Translations under genes and position numbers: made by a program
Virus record (IMG/VR): IMGVR_UViG_3300017914_002384
Coordinates: 1-34,224 of that record
Direction: 5' to 3' (one strand)
Length of the DNA: 34,224 bases
Source: a virus
Taxonomy: Duplodnaviria; Caudoviricetes
Notes under the pieces: model-generated
Databases searched by the model: none
What the model saw: only the letters and a program-made list of their open reading frames with translations
What the model was told of the DNA's origin: nothing
Shown here: positions 19,101-27,178 of the stretch, piece after piece
How the letters are laid out: each line of letters opens with the position of its first letter
Numbering within the stretch: the first letter of the stretch is position 1

Positions 19101-22100
19101 GATGCTCTGCAGACCGAGGCGTTCCGCACCGCGGTGGGTCGCGAGGCAGTCGAGGCGGTGTTCGCCGGGCGACAGGTCGAGCGGGCAGGCATCGAGGGCG
19201 TGGGGCGCGGGTTCGAGACCGACCCTGCCCAGCGTGTCGCGCGTCGAGGGCTGTGGAACTTCCTGTCCGAGGACATTCCGACGGTGGCCCGCGAGGGCGG
19301 GCAGCAGGTAGCTGCGGGTGTGCAGCGTGCGTTGAAGGCTGTGGGCCGACAGCCTGGAGTGAAGGCGCCGCGCCAGTTCCCACCGCAGACCCCTGCCCCG
19401 CTGGCCGACGCCATCCGTCAGGTGGACGAGCTCAAGGGTGTGGTGGCCGACAACTTCGCCAAGGACCTGCGGGACCTGACCACCAAGCTGGGCGACGGGC
19501 AGCAGGCCCTCAACATCGAGGTCAACAAGCGGGTCGCGCGGTCGTTGGATGACGCGCTGCGGGCGGTGAACACCGAGGTCCGGCGGCTCATGGATGAGCG
19601 CGGCATGGCCGAGCTCGAAGCGTTCTACCTCGCCGGCTATCAGTCAAGGCGGGGCCAAGACCTGTCAGGGTTGGGCGAAACGGCGCGCAAGAAGCTGACG
19701 GCAGAGATCAAGCAGCGCATCCAGAACCAAGCGCTGACCGACATTATGCGGACGGAATGGCAGTCGCTTCTGCGCCAGTTCTTCGGCGGGGCTGCCTACG
19801 ACGTCAACGTGCATGCGCGGCTGTCGGACTACATTCTGAAGCCCGGTGTGCCCATCAACAGCTTCACGTTGGAGAACCCCGCCAACTACCGGGCGTTGAC
19901 CACGGCCAACGTCCGCGAGGTCTTGCGGCTCATCCGCGAGCAGGCGCCTGACCTGCGCAACGCTGGCCTGCGGCGCCGAGGGTACGACGCCATCTTCGAG
20001 CTCATGACGGGCTGGGCAATCGGCCAGGACTCTGCCCGGGCGGCACAGCGGGTGCTCGCCGACCTCCGCGACACCCACCCCGAGATGTTCACCGAGCTGG
20101 TACCGACCCTCGCCCAGGCGCCGTTGCGTCAGCAGAACGAGGCGACGGCACTTGTGCGCGCACGCGGCGGCATGCTCCGCGGCATGCAGCGGGTCGGTGA
20201 CCGGGCAGCGGGTCGGCGCCCCAGCTTCGACAAGATCGCATCGACGGACGCCTACCGTGCGTTCACGATGCCCGAGTACGGACCGAACGCCGTGGGTCGC
20301 GCCGGCCTCATCAACCTGCGCAACCGAGGGCGGTTCATCGACACCCTCGACCAAGCCACGTACAACTTCGCGCTGCGCCTCGACGCGAAGGCGCGGCAGG
20401 ATTTGGTGCAGCAGGCGTTCCAGCGCATGGTGGGGCAGGGCACCGCGTCGATCGAGCCGACCGACTTTGTCTCCGCGCTCGATGACCCGCTGCTCCAGAG
20501 CCTGTTTTTCACCAAGGGTGAAGTGACGCAGCGCATCAAGCGGACCATCAGCGACATGGACAACGAGGTCCGTGTGTGGTCCGCTCGCAACAACAAGAAG
20601 GTGGACTTCGCCGACAAGGCGACCTTCGCACAGCGGGTCGCACAGGTCTTCCCCGACGAGGCCGACGCCACGTTCTACACCGTGCTCGCCGGCAACCGTT
20701 CAATGGGGGCCAAGACCGAGGACATTGTCGGCGGCATCCGCGACGGGCTCATCCGCGAGGCGTGGGGCACGTTCATCGGTCCTGCGTTGCAGGAGCTCTC
20801 GAACAACGCCAGGGCCATGGGCTTCCTCCCGTCGAACATCGAGGCGAGCATGGCAAACGCCGTCGCCCAGGCGGCGGACCTCGACCCCACCAACCCTGCC
20901 ATCCAGCTGCTGGGCAAGGACTTCGCCAAGGCGGTCGGTGAGCTGCACAACGCAGCCAGCGATGGGCGGCTCGCGAGCAACCTGGAGTCGTTGCGCAAGG
21001 GCGACCTGCTGCGCACCGCAATCCGCGGAGGGACGGTCAAGGAGCGCTCTGCTGCAGCAGCGGAGCTGGTCATGAGCACCGTGCTGGGCGCGTGGTCTAC
21101 CTCGCGCACGATAGCGGCTACGGGGCTCCTCGGCGCCGGCGTGTACATCACCACGGTGGGCGAGCTGCCCATCCCCATCCCTGCGCCGAACACGCGCTAC
21201 ATCGGGATGAACCTCATCACCGCACCCATCATCGCGCTGACGACGGTGGGCGGATACAACGCCGTGCGGGCCATGCGAGGGGTGGGCGTCCGGCGCGAGG
21301 GGGCAGACGTGCTGGCGCAGCTGGGCAGCATGTTCAACCGGCCCCTGGTCAACGCGGTGTCCGAGGTCCCACCGGAGACGGTGGTGTTCACGTCGAAGAC
21401 CGGCAAGGTCTGGACGAAGGCCGAGCTCGACCGGGCCATGCGCCGCAACAACATCCTCATCACCCGCGGCTCCATCGAGTACAACGACGCCTTCCTCGCC
21501 GACCTCCGACGGGACACCAAGGTGCTGTCGGACGCGCTGCCCGCGGGCAAGTTCCGGCAGTTCGCGCGCAACTTCGACCCGACCCGCACGAACATCGCTC
21601 AGTACGTCGCCAACGCGACGGACAAGGCGTTCAGGCAGAACATGTTCGCCACCGCGCTGCAGGACGGACTGCCCGAGGCGCAGGCCGCATCGCTCGCCCG
21701 GGCTGTGGTCCTCGACTACGGGCGGGTGCCCGACGCCATCAAGCGCACCATGAACCGCTACGTGCTGTTCCTGTCCTTCCGAATCGCCAACTACATCGAG
21801 ACCTTGGAGTTCCTGGCGCGCGACCCGGGCACGTTCAACCGTGCGCTGCTTGCCCAGCGCGACATTCAGCAGGCCAGCGATCAGTTCGTCATGGGGCCCG
21901 ACTACAGCAAGGTCCGCATGGTCATGGACCCAACTGAATATGTATTCGATGGAGCCGCGGGGTCCATGCTGTACGGTCCGGTCGTCCCCAGCCTCGACGC
22001 TTACAAGGACTTCATCGGCATGGCGGCGTTCGTCGCGCAGGCCGGGGCAGAGGACAACGACAGCGCCAAGCGGCTGTTCACCACCCTCGGCGAGGAGCAG

Positions 22101-22595
22101 CTCATCCCCATCGCGTCCTACGCCATCGAGGTTTCGTTCGAGAAGGACCGCAAGCCCGGCGACCCTGGTTTCAAGGTGCCGGACATTTGGGTCGCCTACG
22201 CCGTCGAGCAGGGGGCCGACAGCATGTGGCCGCTCATGAAGGAGCGGTACAACATCGTGCCGGTGACCGACCCGGACCGGCGGTCGCCTGGGCGCCCCAC
22301 GTTCGAGGGCAAGGAGTGGCGCTTCGGTACGCAGGCCGACATGCAGCGGTTCAAGCGGGACATGACCATCCTCACCTACACCGGCATGAAGCGGACGATG
22401 GAGGACTACACCAAGCTGGGCATGACCTACGACGTGGCCGACTTCCTCGACCCGAAGCGCCGCGGCCTGCCTGCCACCCTCGGCTTCGCGACCGGCGCGC
22501 AGACGCCCATCGGCACGCCCTCCGCAGACGAGCTCACCAGCCGTGCGCTCTACGAGCAGCTGCGGGCCGCACAATCCGCCCAGCCACGGGAGTGA
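16188..22595 (+). CDS. Giant putative internal virion/ejection protein (2135 aa)
   Basis: Long open frame, Ala/Arg-rich and helical. Its position is equivalent to T7 gp16/P22 gp16-type ejection genes. No catalytic motif recognised. Confidence 0.7.
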   Translation: MTPAEYLELAEQAEAAGNGLAAQYMRDKAAQAASQPVGGRVPAAAPDQPPAGPRADDSPFVGMTTSQIDEARQAAQPPLPTPPAQPVSVSLGEAEQGAPSMLRMEDPPQIADTPSASRAYVTPKVIYDDAPPIMGRQRDVADEQRRLVEELDETQRAITDMLVLEEGYGLAAAKRIAADRVNRIRRMRMDPEGQATTTGEGGFLDFLPMFRETRERVVARPSPEDPAVTEYVTMLRDPTTGQLREMTPTDAVVEAFARRRILDPAMAEESRAVRRVERTEAARAAGSMLYRPEYEQQFQREIVEETDPTFSQVLTAVDPETGAVIETPLGATMRAIPAIVSTTLNTAVMDLLPLTFEEDPETGEPLDPTDAAYRAHKLLKDGLVFAGKTEEEARDILTGTIGGANYRPSGTAVDAFAGIPVPFQPVQRQQPSHFDPEGRRVASASGNFLMDVATNLARGRSAGDELYSFPGFREEFQETAQGMYLANPEYDAVRTDGDAQLMTYSVATAPYWMGVAGEMVYGLGPLALFKGTGRIAAQTVRAGGRAARTRAGLAAERAAADAATLARVDPGAAVVAMGKEAAARGVEKAARGVEKAATVALNPVESAKRAQTIRAAQDLAEGKVGDEFDILMDRHSVRRVTGEKVAEEIITPYIIQGKLNTGQLVDAGDLRQLAGSSNSAKLLLKRAGIDRLTDNTTLDSKHMRDLRNAVHEWTASAYGAQLRAIVDNDRLSEIQQARQILALTDELGIPRKITDELWELDGISKGNQVSWGRSTDELVDALLRKTGEGALPARPTSPVLQSIHELGTQIAKAGTSTKPSKLRGPLARQLSRRLGRLDLARFELDMLTDEVAAAARGAAGRAVEATLENVIPDDLVFATRSLMVPRRLLTRDVYDEVKDTVLSMPVTPVAGPVVDGMPTASFRYERPAETVDALRTALGDSAIARSKVLTDGIDRIKAGKPVTAQQYDLFTDALQTEAFRTAVGREAVEAVFAGRQVERAGIEGVGRGFETDPAQRVARRGLWNFLSEDIPTVAREGGQQVAAGVQRALKAVGRQPGVKAPRQFPPQTPAPLADAIRQVDELKGVVADNFAKDLRDLTTKLGDGQQALNIEVNKRVARSLDDALRAVNTEVRRLMDERGMAELEAFYLAGYQSRRGQDLSGLGETARKKLTAEIKQRIQNQALTDIMRTEWQSLLRQFFGGAAYDVNVHARLSDYILKPGVPINSFTLENPANYRALTTANVREVLRLIREQAPDLRNAGLRRRGYDAIFELMTGWAIGQDSARAAQRVLADLRDTHPEMFTELVPTLAQAPLRQQNEATALVRARGGMLRGMQRVGDRAAGRRPSFDKIASTDAYRAFTMPEYGPNAVGRAGLINLRNRGRFIDTLDQATYNFALRLDAKARQDLVQQAFQRMVGQGTASIEPTDFVSALDDPLLQSLFFTKGEVTQRIKRTISDMDNEVRVWSARNNKKVDFADKATFAQRVAQVFPDEADATFYTVLAGNRSMGAKTEDIVGGIRDGLIREAWGTFIGPALQELSNNARAMGFLPSNIEASMANAVAQAADLDPTNPAIQLLGKDFAKAVGELHNAASDGRLASNLESLRKGDLLRTAIRGGTVKERSAAAAELVMSTVLGAWSTSRTIAATGLLGAGVYITTVGELPIPIPAPNTRYIGMNLITAPIIALTTVGGYNAVRAMRGVGVRREGADVLAQLGSMFNRPLVNAVSEVPPETVVFTSKTGKVWTKAELDRAMRRNNILITRGSIEYNDAFLADLRRDTKVLSDALPAGKFRQFARNFDPTRTNIAQYVANATDKAFRQNMFATALQDGLPEAQAASLARAVVLDYGRVPDAIKRTMNRYVLFLSFRIANYIETLEFLARDPGTFNRALLAQRDIQQASDQFVMGPDYSKVRMVMDPTEYVFDGAAGSMLYGPVVPSLDAYKDFIGMAAFVAQAGAEDNDSAKRLFTTLGEEQLIPIASYAIEVSFEKDRKPGDPGFKVPDIWVAYAVEQGADSMWPLMKERYNIVPVTDPDRRSPGRPTFEGKEWRFGTQADMQRFKRDMTILTYTGMKRTMEDYTKLGMTYDVADFLDPKRRGLPATLGFATGAQTPIGTPSADELTSRALYEQLRAAQSAQPRE
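17934..17978 (+). repeat. In-frame 21-bp tandem duplication
   Basis: gcccgaggggtcgagaaggca x2 plus gcc, encoding ARGVEKA-ARGVEKA. Confidence 0.9.
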
Positions 22596-22638
22596 CCTGT
22601 TAGGATACGGGTGTCGCCGTCCAAGATGAGGAGGGACC

Positions 22639-23079
22639 ATGCCGCCCCGCACCCGACACTTCTTCCACAACAGCCCCGTCACGGGCACGCAGTCCGTGAA
22701 CACCGGCTTCCAGCTCGCGTGCGTTCACGCCCACGACCTCAACGATGGCGTCGTGGACTTCATGAAGAACAAGAACTTCATCGGGCGCGTTGACTCCATC
22801 CAGGTCGTGCTCGACACCCTGGCCGGCTCGCCCTCGCCGACGAAGGTGACGATGCGCCTGTGCGAAGACGCGGCTGGCGACATCATCATCATCCCCGACA
22901 CCGAGGCCGACCTCGCCATCGGGCTGACCACCAACACCGTCGGGTGTGCGGTCTACAAGGCGCAGACCATCATGCGCCAGGACCTGGGCAACGCGGGCAA
23001 CGGGACCTTCTACCTGTTCGTCAAGGTTGACCAGGGCACCGCACGGTTCGTCGGCTCCGAAATCTTCTGGAGTGAGTGA
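22639..23079 (+). CDS. Hypothetical protein, probably virion-associated
   Basis: 146 aa, strong GAGGAGG RBS, beta-rich. Confidence 0.7.
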   Translation: MPPRTRHFFHNSPVTGTQSVNTGFQLACVHAHDLNDGVVDFMKNKNFIGRVDSIQVVLDTLAGSPSPTKVTMRLCEDAAGDIIIIPDTEADLAIGLTTNTVGCAVYKAQTIMRQDLGNAGNGTFYLFVKVDQGTARFVGSEIFWSE

Positions 23080-23855
23080 TGCCCATCGCTCCATGCTTCG
23101 ACCCGACGACCGGCGCGTCCGGCGGGAGCCAGCCCGGAGGCGGAGGGGCGGACCTGTCAGCCCTGGGGTTCACGCAGATTGACCTCACCGACGGGTTCAC
23201 CCTGACGGACCCCGACGGTCTGGTGGACACGACGTCGCACACCGGCGGCGTCAACAAGGTCGTCTTCAACGCCCTGGCCGTGGGTTCGACCAACTACGCC
23301 TGGGGGTCGGGCAACAACCAGCGGGCGCCGCGGTGGGTCAAGAGTCTGACCGCAGAGGACGCCACCGGGGGCGAGGTCCAGGTGCAGTCGGGCGATGCCT
23401 TCCTGCTCCAGACCGTCGTGCAGTTCAAGACGCCCGACAACCGGTACGCCACCGAGGTCGTGGTCGCGAGCAGCGTGGACGGGACCGGCCTCGACTGCTT
23501 CACCAATGACGCGATGGGAGGGTTGATCCGATACAATGCGACCGGCAACGTGTCGTATGGGATCTTCACGTTCAATGGATACGCTGCGCTCGCATCGGCC
23601 AACAACGACCACAGCATCTGCACGCTCATTCACGGCGGGACGCGGGGCCAGGGCGGCGGCTACATCAACCTCGACAACACCGGGGCTGCGCTCAACGGTG
23701 GCACGCGCAACGCCTCGATGACCTACGACAACAGCAGCATCAACATGCAGCTCATGGTCGGGGTCGGCACCAACGGGTCTGCCACCATCGGCGCCGGCGA
23801 CGACGCGCAGTTCTCCGCGTGGTACCGGGTCATCCGCTTCAACCTGCCCACCTGA
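23079..23855 (+). CDS. Putative tail fibre/receptor-binding-like protein
   Basis: About 258 aa (TGATG start at 23079, or GTG at 23076). Gly-rich linker after the N-terminus and a Gly/Asn/Thr-rich beta-type body. Confidence 0.5.
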   Translation: MPIAPCFDPTTGASGGSQPGGGGADLSALGFTQIDLTDGFTLTDPDGLVDTTSHTGGVNKVVFNALAVGSTNYAWGSGNNQRAPRWVKSLTAEDATGGEVQVQSGDAFLLQTVVQFKTPDNRYATEVVVASSVDGTGLDCFTNDAMGGLIRYNATGNVSYGIFTFNGYAALASANNDHSICTLIHGGTRGQGGGYINLDNTGAALNGGTRNASMTYDNSSINMQLMVGVGTNGSATIGAGDDAQFSAWYRVIRFNLPT

Positions 23856-23862
23856 GTCTGAC

Positions 23863-24108
23863 ATGCCATCCGTCCGCATCGACTTCAACGAGGTCCAGGT
23901 CGGCGCCAGCGTCGGCACAATCGACACCGACGACAGCCCCTGGGAGGACGAGGTCTTCGTCCTTCCGGTCTGCATTCCGCTGGCCGAGGTCGGGCCGTGG
24001 CTCGCCGCCTACGACCAGAGCAACGCCTACAGCCCCTCGGCTGCGGACTCCCGCATCCTCGCCAGGGCCGTGCTCGACGCGCTGAAGCGAGCAGCGGAGG
24101 CGCCCTGA
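23863..24108 (+). CDS. Small acidic hypothetical protein
   Basis: 81 aa, tightly packed in the operon, typical codon usage. Confidence 0.65.
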   Translation: MPSVRIDFNEVQVGASVGTIDTDDSPWEDEVFVLPVCIPLAEVGPWLAAYDQSNAYSPSAADSRILARAVLDALKRAAEAP

Positions 24109-24109
24109 C

Positions 24110-24394
24110 ATGGACGACATGAGCCTCATCAGCCTCGCGACAGGCCCATTCTCGTCGCTCGTCTTGCTGACGGGGATGGGGCTGGGCATGTGGAGGTTCA
24201 GCTCTACAGTGATCGTCCCGAACGTCATCCGCTGGATTGACGAACAGCAGGCGCAGAGCGCTGAGCTGCTGCGCCAGCATGAGGCCGACCGGGAAGCGTG
24301 GCTGACCTCGATGAAGGAGTGCCGCGAGCAAGGCATGCTCATCCTCGAAAAGCTGGACGACATCAGCGGTCGCATCCCCGTGAGGCGACCATGA
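24110..24394 (+). CDS. Putative holin-like membrane protein
   Basis: 94 aa with one N-terminal hydrophobic segment (FSSLVLLTGMGLGMW) followed by a coiled coil. GGAGG RBS. Upstream of the endolysin. Confidence 0.55.
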   Translation: MDDMSLISLATGPFSSLVLLTGMGLGMWRFSSTVIVPNVIRWIDEQQAQSAELLRQHEADREAWLTSMKECREQGMLILEKLDDISGRIPVRRP

Positions 24395-24654
24395 AGCCAC
24401 GCAAGGGCAAGGCGAAGGTCAAGGTCTACAAGGACCCGAAGACCGGGCGGAAGCGCAAGGTCAGCTACGGACAGGCCGGCAAGGCGAAGGGGGGTGGCCC
24501 TCGCGTCAAGCCGGGTACGTCGAAGGGCGACGCCTACTGCGCTCGCAGCGCCGGGCAGATGAAGAAGAGTCCGAAAGCCGCGAAGAACCCCAACAGTCCG
24601 CTTCGACTGTCGCGCAAGCGGTGGAAGTGCAGCGGCACCAAGAGCAGGAAGTAG
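24391..24654 (+). CDS. Highly basic small protein (DUF6321-like), 87 aa
   Basis: ATGA overlap start. Contains KVSYGQ.G...AYCARSAGQMK...AKNPNS.LRLSRKRWKC, a pattern I recall from cyanophage-type DUF6321 proteins. Confidence 0.7.
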   Translation: MKPRKGKAKVKVYKDPKTGRKRKVSYGQAGKAKGGGPRVKPGTSKGDAYCARSAGQMKKSPKAAKNPNSPLRLSRKRWKCSGTKSRK

Positions 24655-24655
24655 C

Positions 24656-24991
24656 ATGCCTAAGGACGACGCCTGCACCCGCAAGGTCAAGCGCAGCTAC
24701 AAGAAGTGGCCCAGCGCCCGGGCCAGCCAAGCGGTAGCCAAGTGTCGCAAGAAGACGGGCAACGTGCGGAAGACCTCCGCGGGCAAGAACCTGAAGCGGT
24801 GGCAGAAAGAGAAGTGGGAGACAGCCTCGGGCAAGCCGTGCGGCTCCAAGAACGCAGGCGGCTCCAAGAGCTACTGTCGCCCCACCAAGAAGGTGTCGAG
24901 CAAGACGCCGTCCATGCGGCGTCCGGCCAAGCAGGCCGCCCAGAAGAAGGCGGGCAAGCGCGCATCCCCCCAGCGTCGGAGCAAGAACTGA
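24656..24991 (+). CDS. Highly basic small protein (DUF5872-like), 111 aa
   Basis: DACTRKVKRSYKKWPSARASQAVAKCRK and LKRWQKEKW...GKPCG...YCRPTKKVSSKTP. Confidence 0.7.
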   Translation: MPKDDACTRKVKRSYKKWPSARASQAVAKCRKKTGNVRKTSAGKNLKRWQKEKWETASGKPCGSKNAGGSKSYCRPTKKVSSKTPSMRRPAKQAAQKKAGKRASPQRRSKN

Positions 24992-25110
24992 TGTACAAGA
25001 GTAACGGCAAGTACAAGGCGACCAAGAAGTCCAAGCCCACCACCAAGAAGAAGGCCACCAAGCAGTTGAAGGCGGTGAAGGCCAACATGCGCAAGCGGAA
25101 GAAGAAGTGA
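24991..25110 (+). CDS. 39-aa Lys-rich peptide
   Basis: MYKSNGKYKATKKSKPTTKKKATKQLKAVKANMRKRKKK. Coupled on both sides (TGATG and GTGA overlaps), with all Lys encoded by AAG. Confidence 0.7.
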   Translation: MYKSNGKYKATKKSKPTTKKKATKQLKAVKANMRKRKKK

Positions 25111-25523
25111 CCTACCGCTACAGCCAGCGGTCGCTGGCGAAGCTGAACACCTGCCACCCCGACCTGCAGCTCCTCATGCGGGAAGCCCTGGCCGACCCGG
25201 AGTGCCCATGCGACATCACGATCGTGGAGGGCCACCGGAACCAGGAGCGCCAGGACCGCATGGTCGAGGAGGGCAAGAGCCAGCTGCGGTGGCCGCACAG
25301 CCGCCACAACCTCATGCCCAGCATGGCCGTAGACGTGGTCGCCTACCGCAACGGCGGGGCGGACTGGAGCTGGGAAGCCTACGACATTCTGCTGCCCCAC
25401 CTTCGGGACACCTGGGCGCGCCTCGTCGCCGACGAGCTCGTCACCGGGCAGTACGAAATCGAGTTTGGCGCCGACTGGAAGACGTTTCGCGACGGCGCCC
25501 ACGTACAGATCAACCCGCTATGA
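25107..25523 (+). CDS. Endolysin, M15-family peptidase (T5-like L-Ala-D-Glu endopeptidase)
   Basis: YRYSQRSLAKLNTCHPDL, ITIVEGHRNQERQ, SRHN...AVD (Zn ligands His, Asp) and FGADWKTFRDGAHVQ. Confidence 0.9.
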   Translation: MTYRYSQRSLAKLNTCHPDLQLLMREALADPECPCDITIVEGHRNQERQDRMVEEGKSQLRWPHSRHNLMPSMAVDVVAYRNGGADWSWEAYDILLPHLRDTWARLVADELVTGQYEIEFGADWKTFRDGAHVQINPL

Positions 25524-25903
25524 CGCCTACCTTGCTGGTCATCGGTGCCCTGTTCCTCTTCGGAGGGGGCGTGGGCGTAGGGGTCGCGGTCAGCCGGGAC
25601 CGCACCGCAGACGTGGTCGAGCGGCAGACGGAGCTCATCGGTGAGCTGCAGGACGGGCAGCGTGCCCTGGTCGAGGCGGCGGGGAAGCCCGTGGTCATCG
25701 ATGCGGAGGTCCGCGCCAGCCTGTCGAAGGTCCCGCCCGCCTGCATCACCGAGCTGGGCGGGGACCCGATGAGCGCCCAATGTGCGCTCCTCCAATGCTG
25801 GGCCATGGGGAACACGACAGCTCAAAGGCCGTCATGTTCCGACGTGGAGGCCGCAGCTATCGCCGAGTATCAGAACGGCAAGTCGTCGTCCGACATGCCC
25901 TGA
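25520..25903 (+). CDS. Membrane-anchored protein after the endolysin; spanin-like candidate (127 aa)
   Basis: ATGA overlap start, N-terminal TM segment (LLVIGALFLFGGGVGVGVAV), short coiled coil and four Cys. Confidence 0.5.
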   Translation: MTPTLLVIGALFLFGGGVGVGVAVSRDRTADVVERQTELIGELQDGQRALVEAAGKPVVIDAEVRASLSKVPPACITELGGDPMSAQCALLQCWAMGNTTAQRPSCSDVEAAAIAEYQNGKSSSDMP

Positions 25904-26292
25904 GTGGGGTTGCCCTGGTCGTAGCGGGGGCGGCGGTTCACGTCCCGGTCGGACGGGTAGGTCGGCTCGCCGCCCTGCTGCTTCGGGCCAACGAAGGACC
26001 AGTCGTTGACCGTCACCTGAGCGTTGTAGCCCTTGGTGCCGTCCTTCTTGTCCCAAGTGTTCAGCTCGGGGCTGCCGGTGACGCTGACCCAGCCGCCCTT
26101 CGACAGGTAGCGGGCAGCAGCCTCGGCGCGCTTGCCGAACAGGAAGCAGGTCCACCACGTGGTGCGCTTCTTGTCGCCCCAGCCGGTATCCACAGGCAAG
26201 GTCAGCTTGCAGGTCGTGGTGCCGCTCGCGCTGGTGCGGGTTTCGGGGTCACGCGCGAGGCGCCCCGTGATGACGATGGTAGCGGTGCTCAT
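25870..26292 (-). CDS. ssb: Single-stranded DNA-binding protein (140 aa)
   Basis: IVITGRLARDPETR, FGKRAE...YLSKGG.V.VTG and acidic tail DDDLPF. Confidence 0.95.
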   Translation of the reverse strand: MSTATIVITGRLARDPETRTSASGTTTCKLTLPVDTGWGDKKRTTWWTCFLFGKRAEAAARYLSKGGWVSVTGSPELNTWDKKDGTKGYNAQVTVNDWSFVGPKQQGGEPTYPSDRDVNRRPRYDQGNPTQGMSDDDLPF

Positions 26293-26362
26293 GATGTTGT
26301 CCTTGTGACAGGGTGTGGTGGCCTGGGTAGCCCGCGGGTCGGCCAGCTCCACGGGCAGGGAA

Positions 26363-27178
26363 TCACAGTGCCCACTCGGGGGCATCCACGACGACGGGGG
26401 ACACGGCGCCGAACGCACGCCCGGGCCAGCTGTCGCGACGCTTGCACTCGGCGACCCGGTCGAGCAAGCCGCGGTGCTTCGCGAACGCCGCATCCATGGT
26501 GTGCTCCGACCACTCGATGACGGTGACGTCATGCGGGGCGTTGGCCTCCACCACGATGTTGATGGCGCGCAGCCCGACCTCGCTCATGTCCACGTCGAAG
26601 AAGCGCGCGGCGCCGGTCAGGTAGTGCGCGTGCTGCAGGGGCCAGCCGTACTTCGCGCCCTGCTTGGCGAGCATGTCCACGTCGAAGCTGGCGTAGGTCT
26701 TCAAGTCGGCGCTGATGAGCTCGCCGTTCACGAAGCCGGCCACGTCGAAGCGCGCCTTGCACTCGCCGGCCCAGGCATCCCGCCACACGTGGGGCTGCTC
26801 GGTCACGACCTTGGGCTGCGCCAAGAGGTCGGCAACCCAGGGGTGTTCGAGCACCGCAGCGGCGCACGCCTCGATGCGCTCCAGCTCCTCGGGGTCAAGC
26901 ACGATGCGCCCCTCCTGCTGGGCAGCCCACTCCTTGTACGCCTTGGTGCGCTTGCTGCCCTCGCCCTCCCACACGACGTAGCGCGAGGGGAAGTCGAAGG
27001 GCTCCAGCACCCGACAGTGAACCGCGGTGCCGAACGCCTGCGACGCAGTCGGCTTGGTGCTGGGGGCGTTGAGCGCGTGCAGGTAGTGCTTCGGGCTCTG
27101 CGCCATGTACTTCAACGTGCTGTAGTTGATGGCAGGGTAGGCGCGGTACGCCTTCTCGTCGGTCAGGTCAATCGTCAT
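26363..27178 (-). CDS. PD-(D/E)XK exonuclease, RecE/exonuclease VIII (DUF3799)-like (271 aa)
   Basis: YRAYPAINYSTLK...SPKHY, FGTAVHCRVLEP, CKARFD, ADLKT, Q.AHY and IVVE..APH. Confidence 0.85.
   Translation of the reverse strand: MTIDLTDEKAYRAYPAINYSTLKYMAQSPKHYLHALNAPSTKPTASQAFGTAVHCRVLEPFDFPSRYVVWEGEGSKRTKAYKEWAAQQEGRIVLDPEELERIEACAAAVLEHPWVADLLAQPKVVTEQPHVWRDAWAGECKARFDVAGFVNGELISADLKTYASFDVDMLAKQGAKYGWPLQHAHYLTGAARFFDVDMSEVGLRAINIVVEANAPHDVTVIEWSEHTMDAAFAKHRGLLDRVAECKRRDSWPGRAFGAVSPVVVDAPEWAL

Noticed and set aside
16188-22595. Giant gene as a tape-measure protein
   Set aside because: No tail tube, sheath, tail chaperone or baseplate genes recognised. The adaptor/nozzle plus three-gene layout fits podovirus ejection proteins.
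22598-22606. Extended -10 promoter TGtTAGGAT upstream of 22639
   Set aside because: Plausible, but it has no -35 match and is a single instance, so too weak to call.
372-22703. Long minus-strand ORFs (e.g. 372-1832, 3980-6331, 6075-8942, 9107-10849, 16170-18599, 20700-22703)
   Set aside because: Antisense shadows of real plus-strand genes, expected from high-GC3 codon bias. No recognisable motifs or RBS.
26293-26362. Hairpin between the exonuclease and ssb as a third copy of the structured element
   Set aside because: It can fold (tggcc/ggcca), but lacks the H1-H2-H3 sequence and layout.
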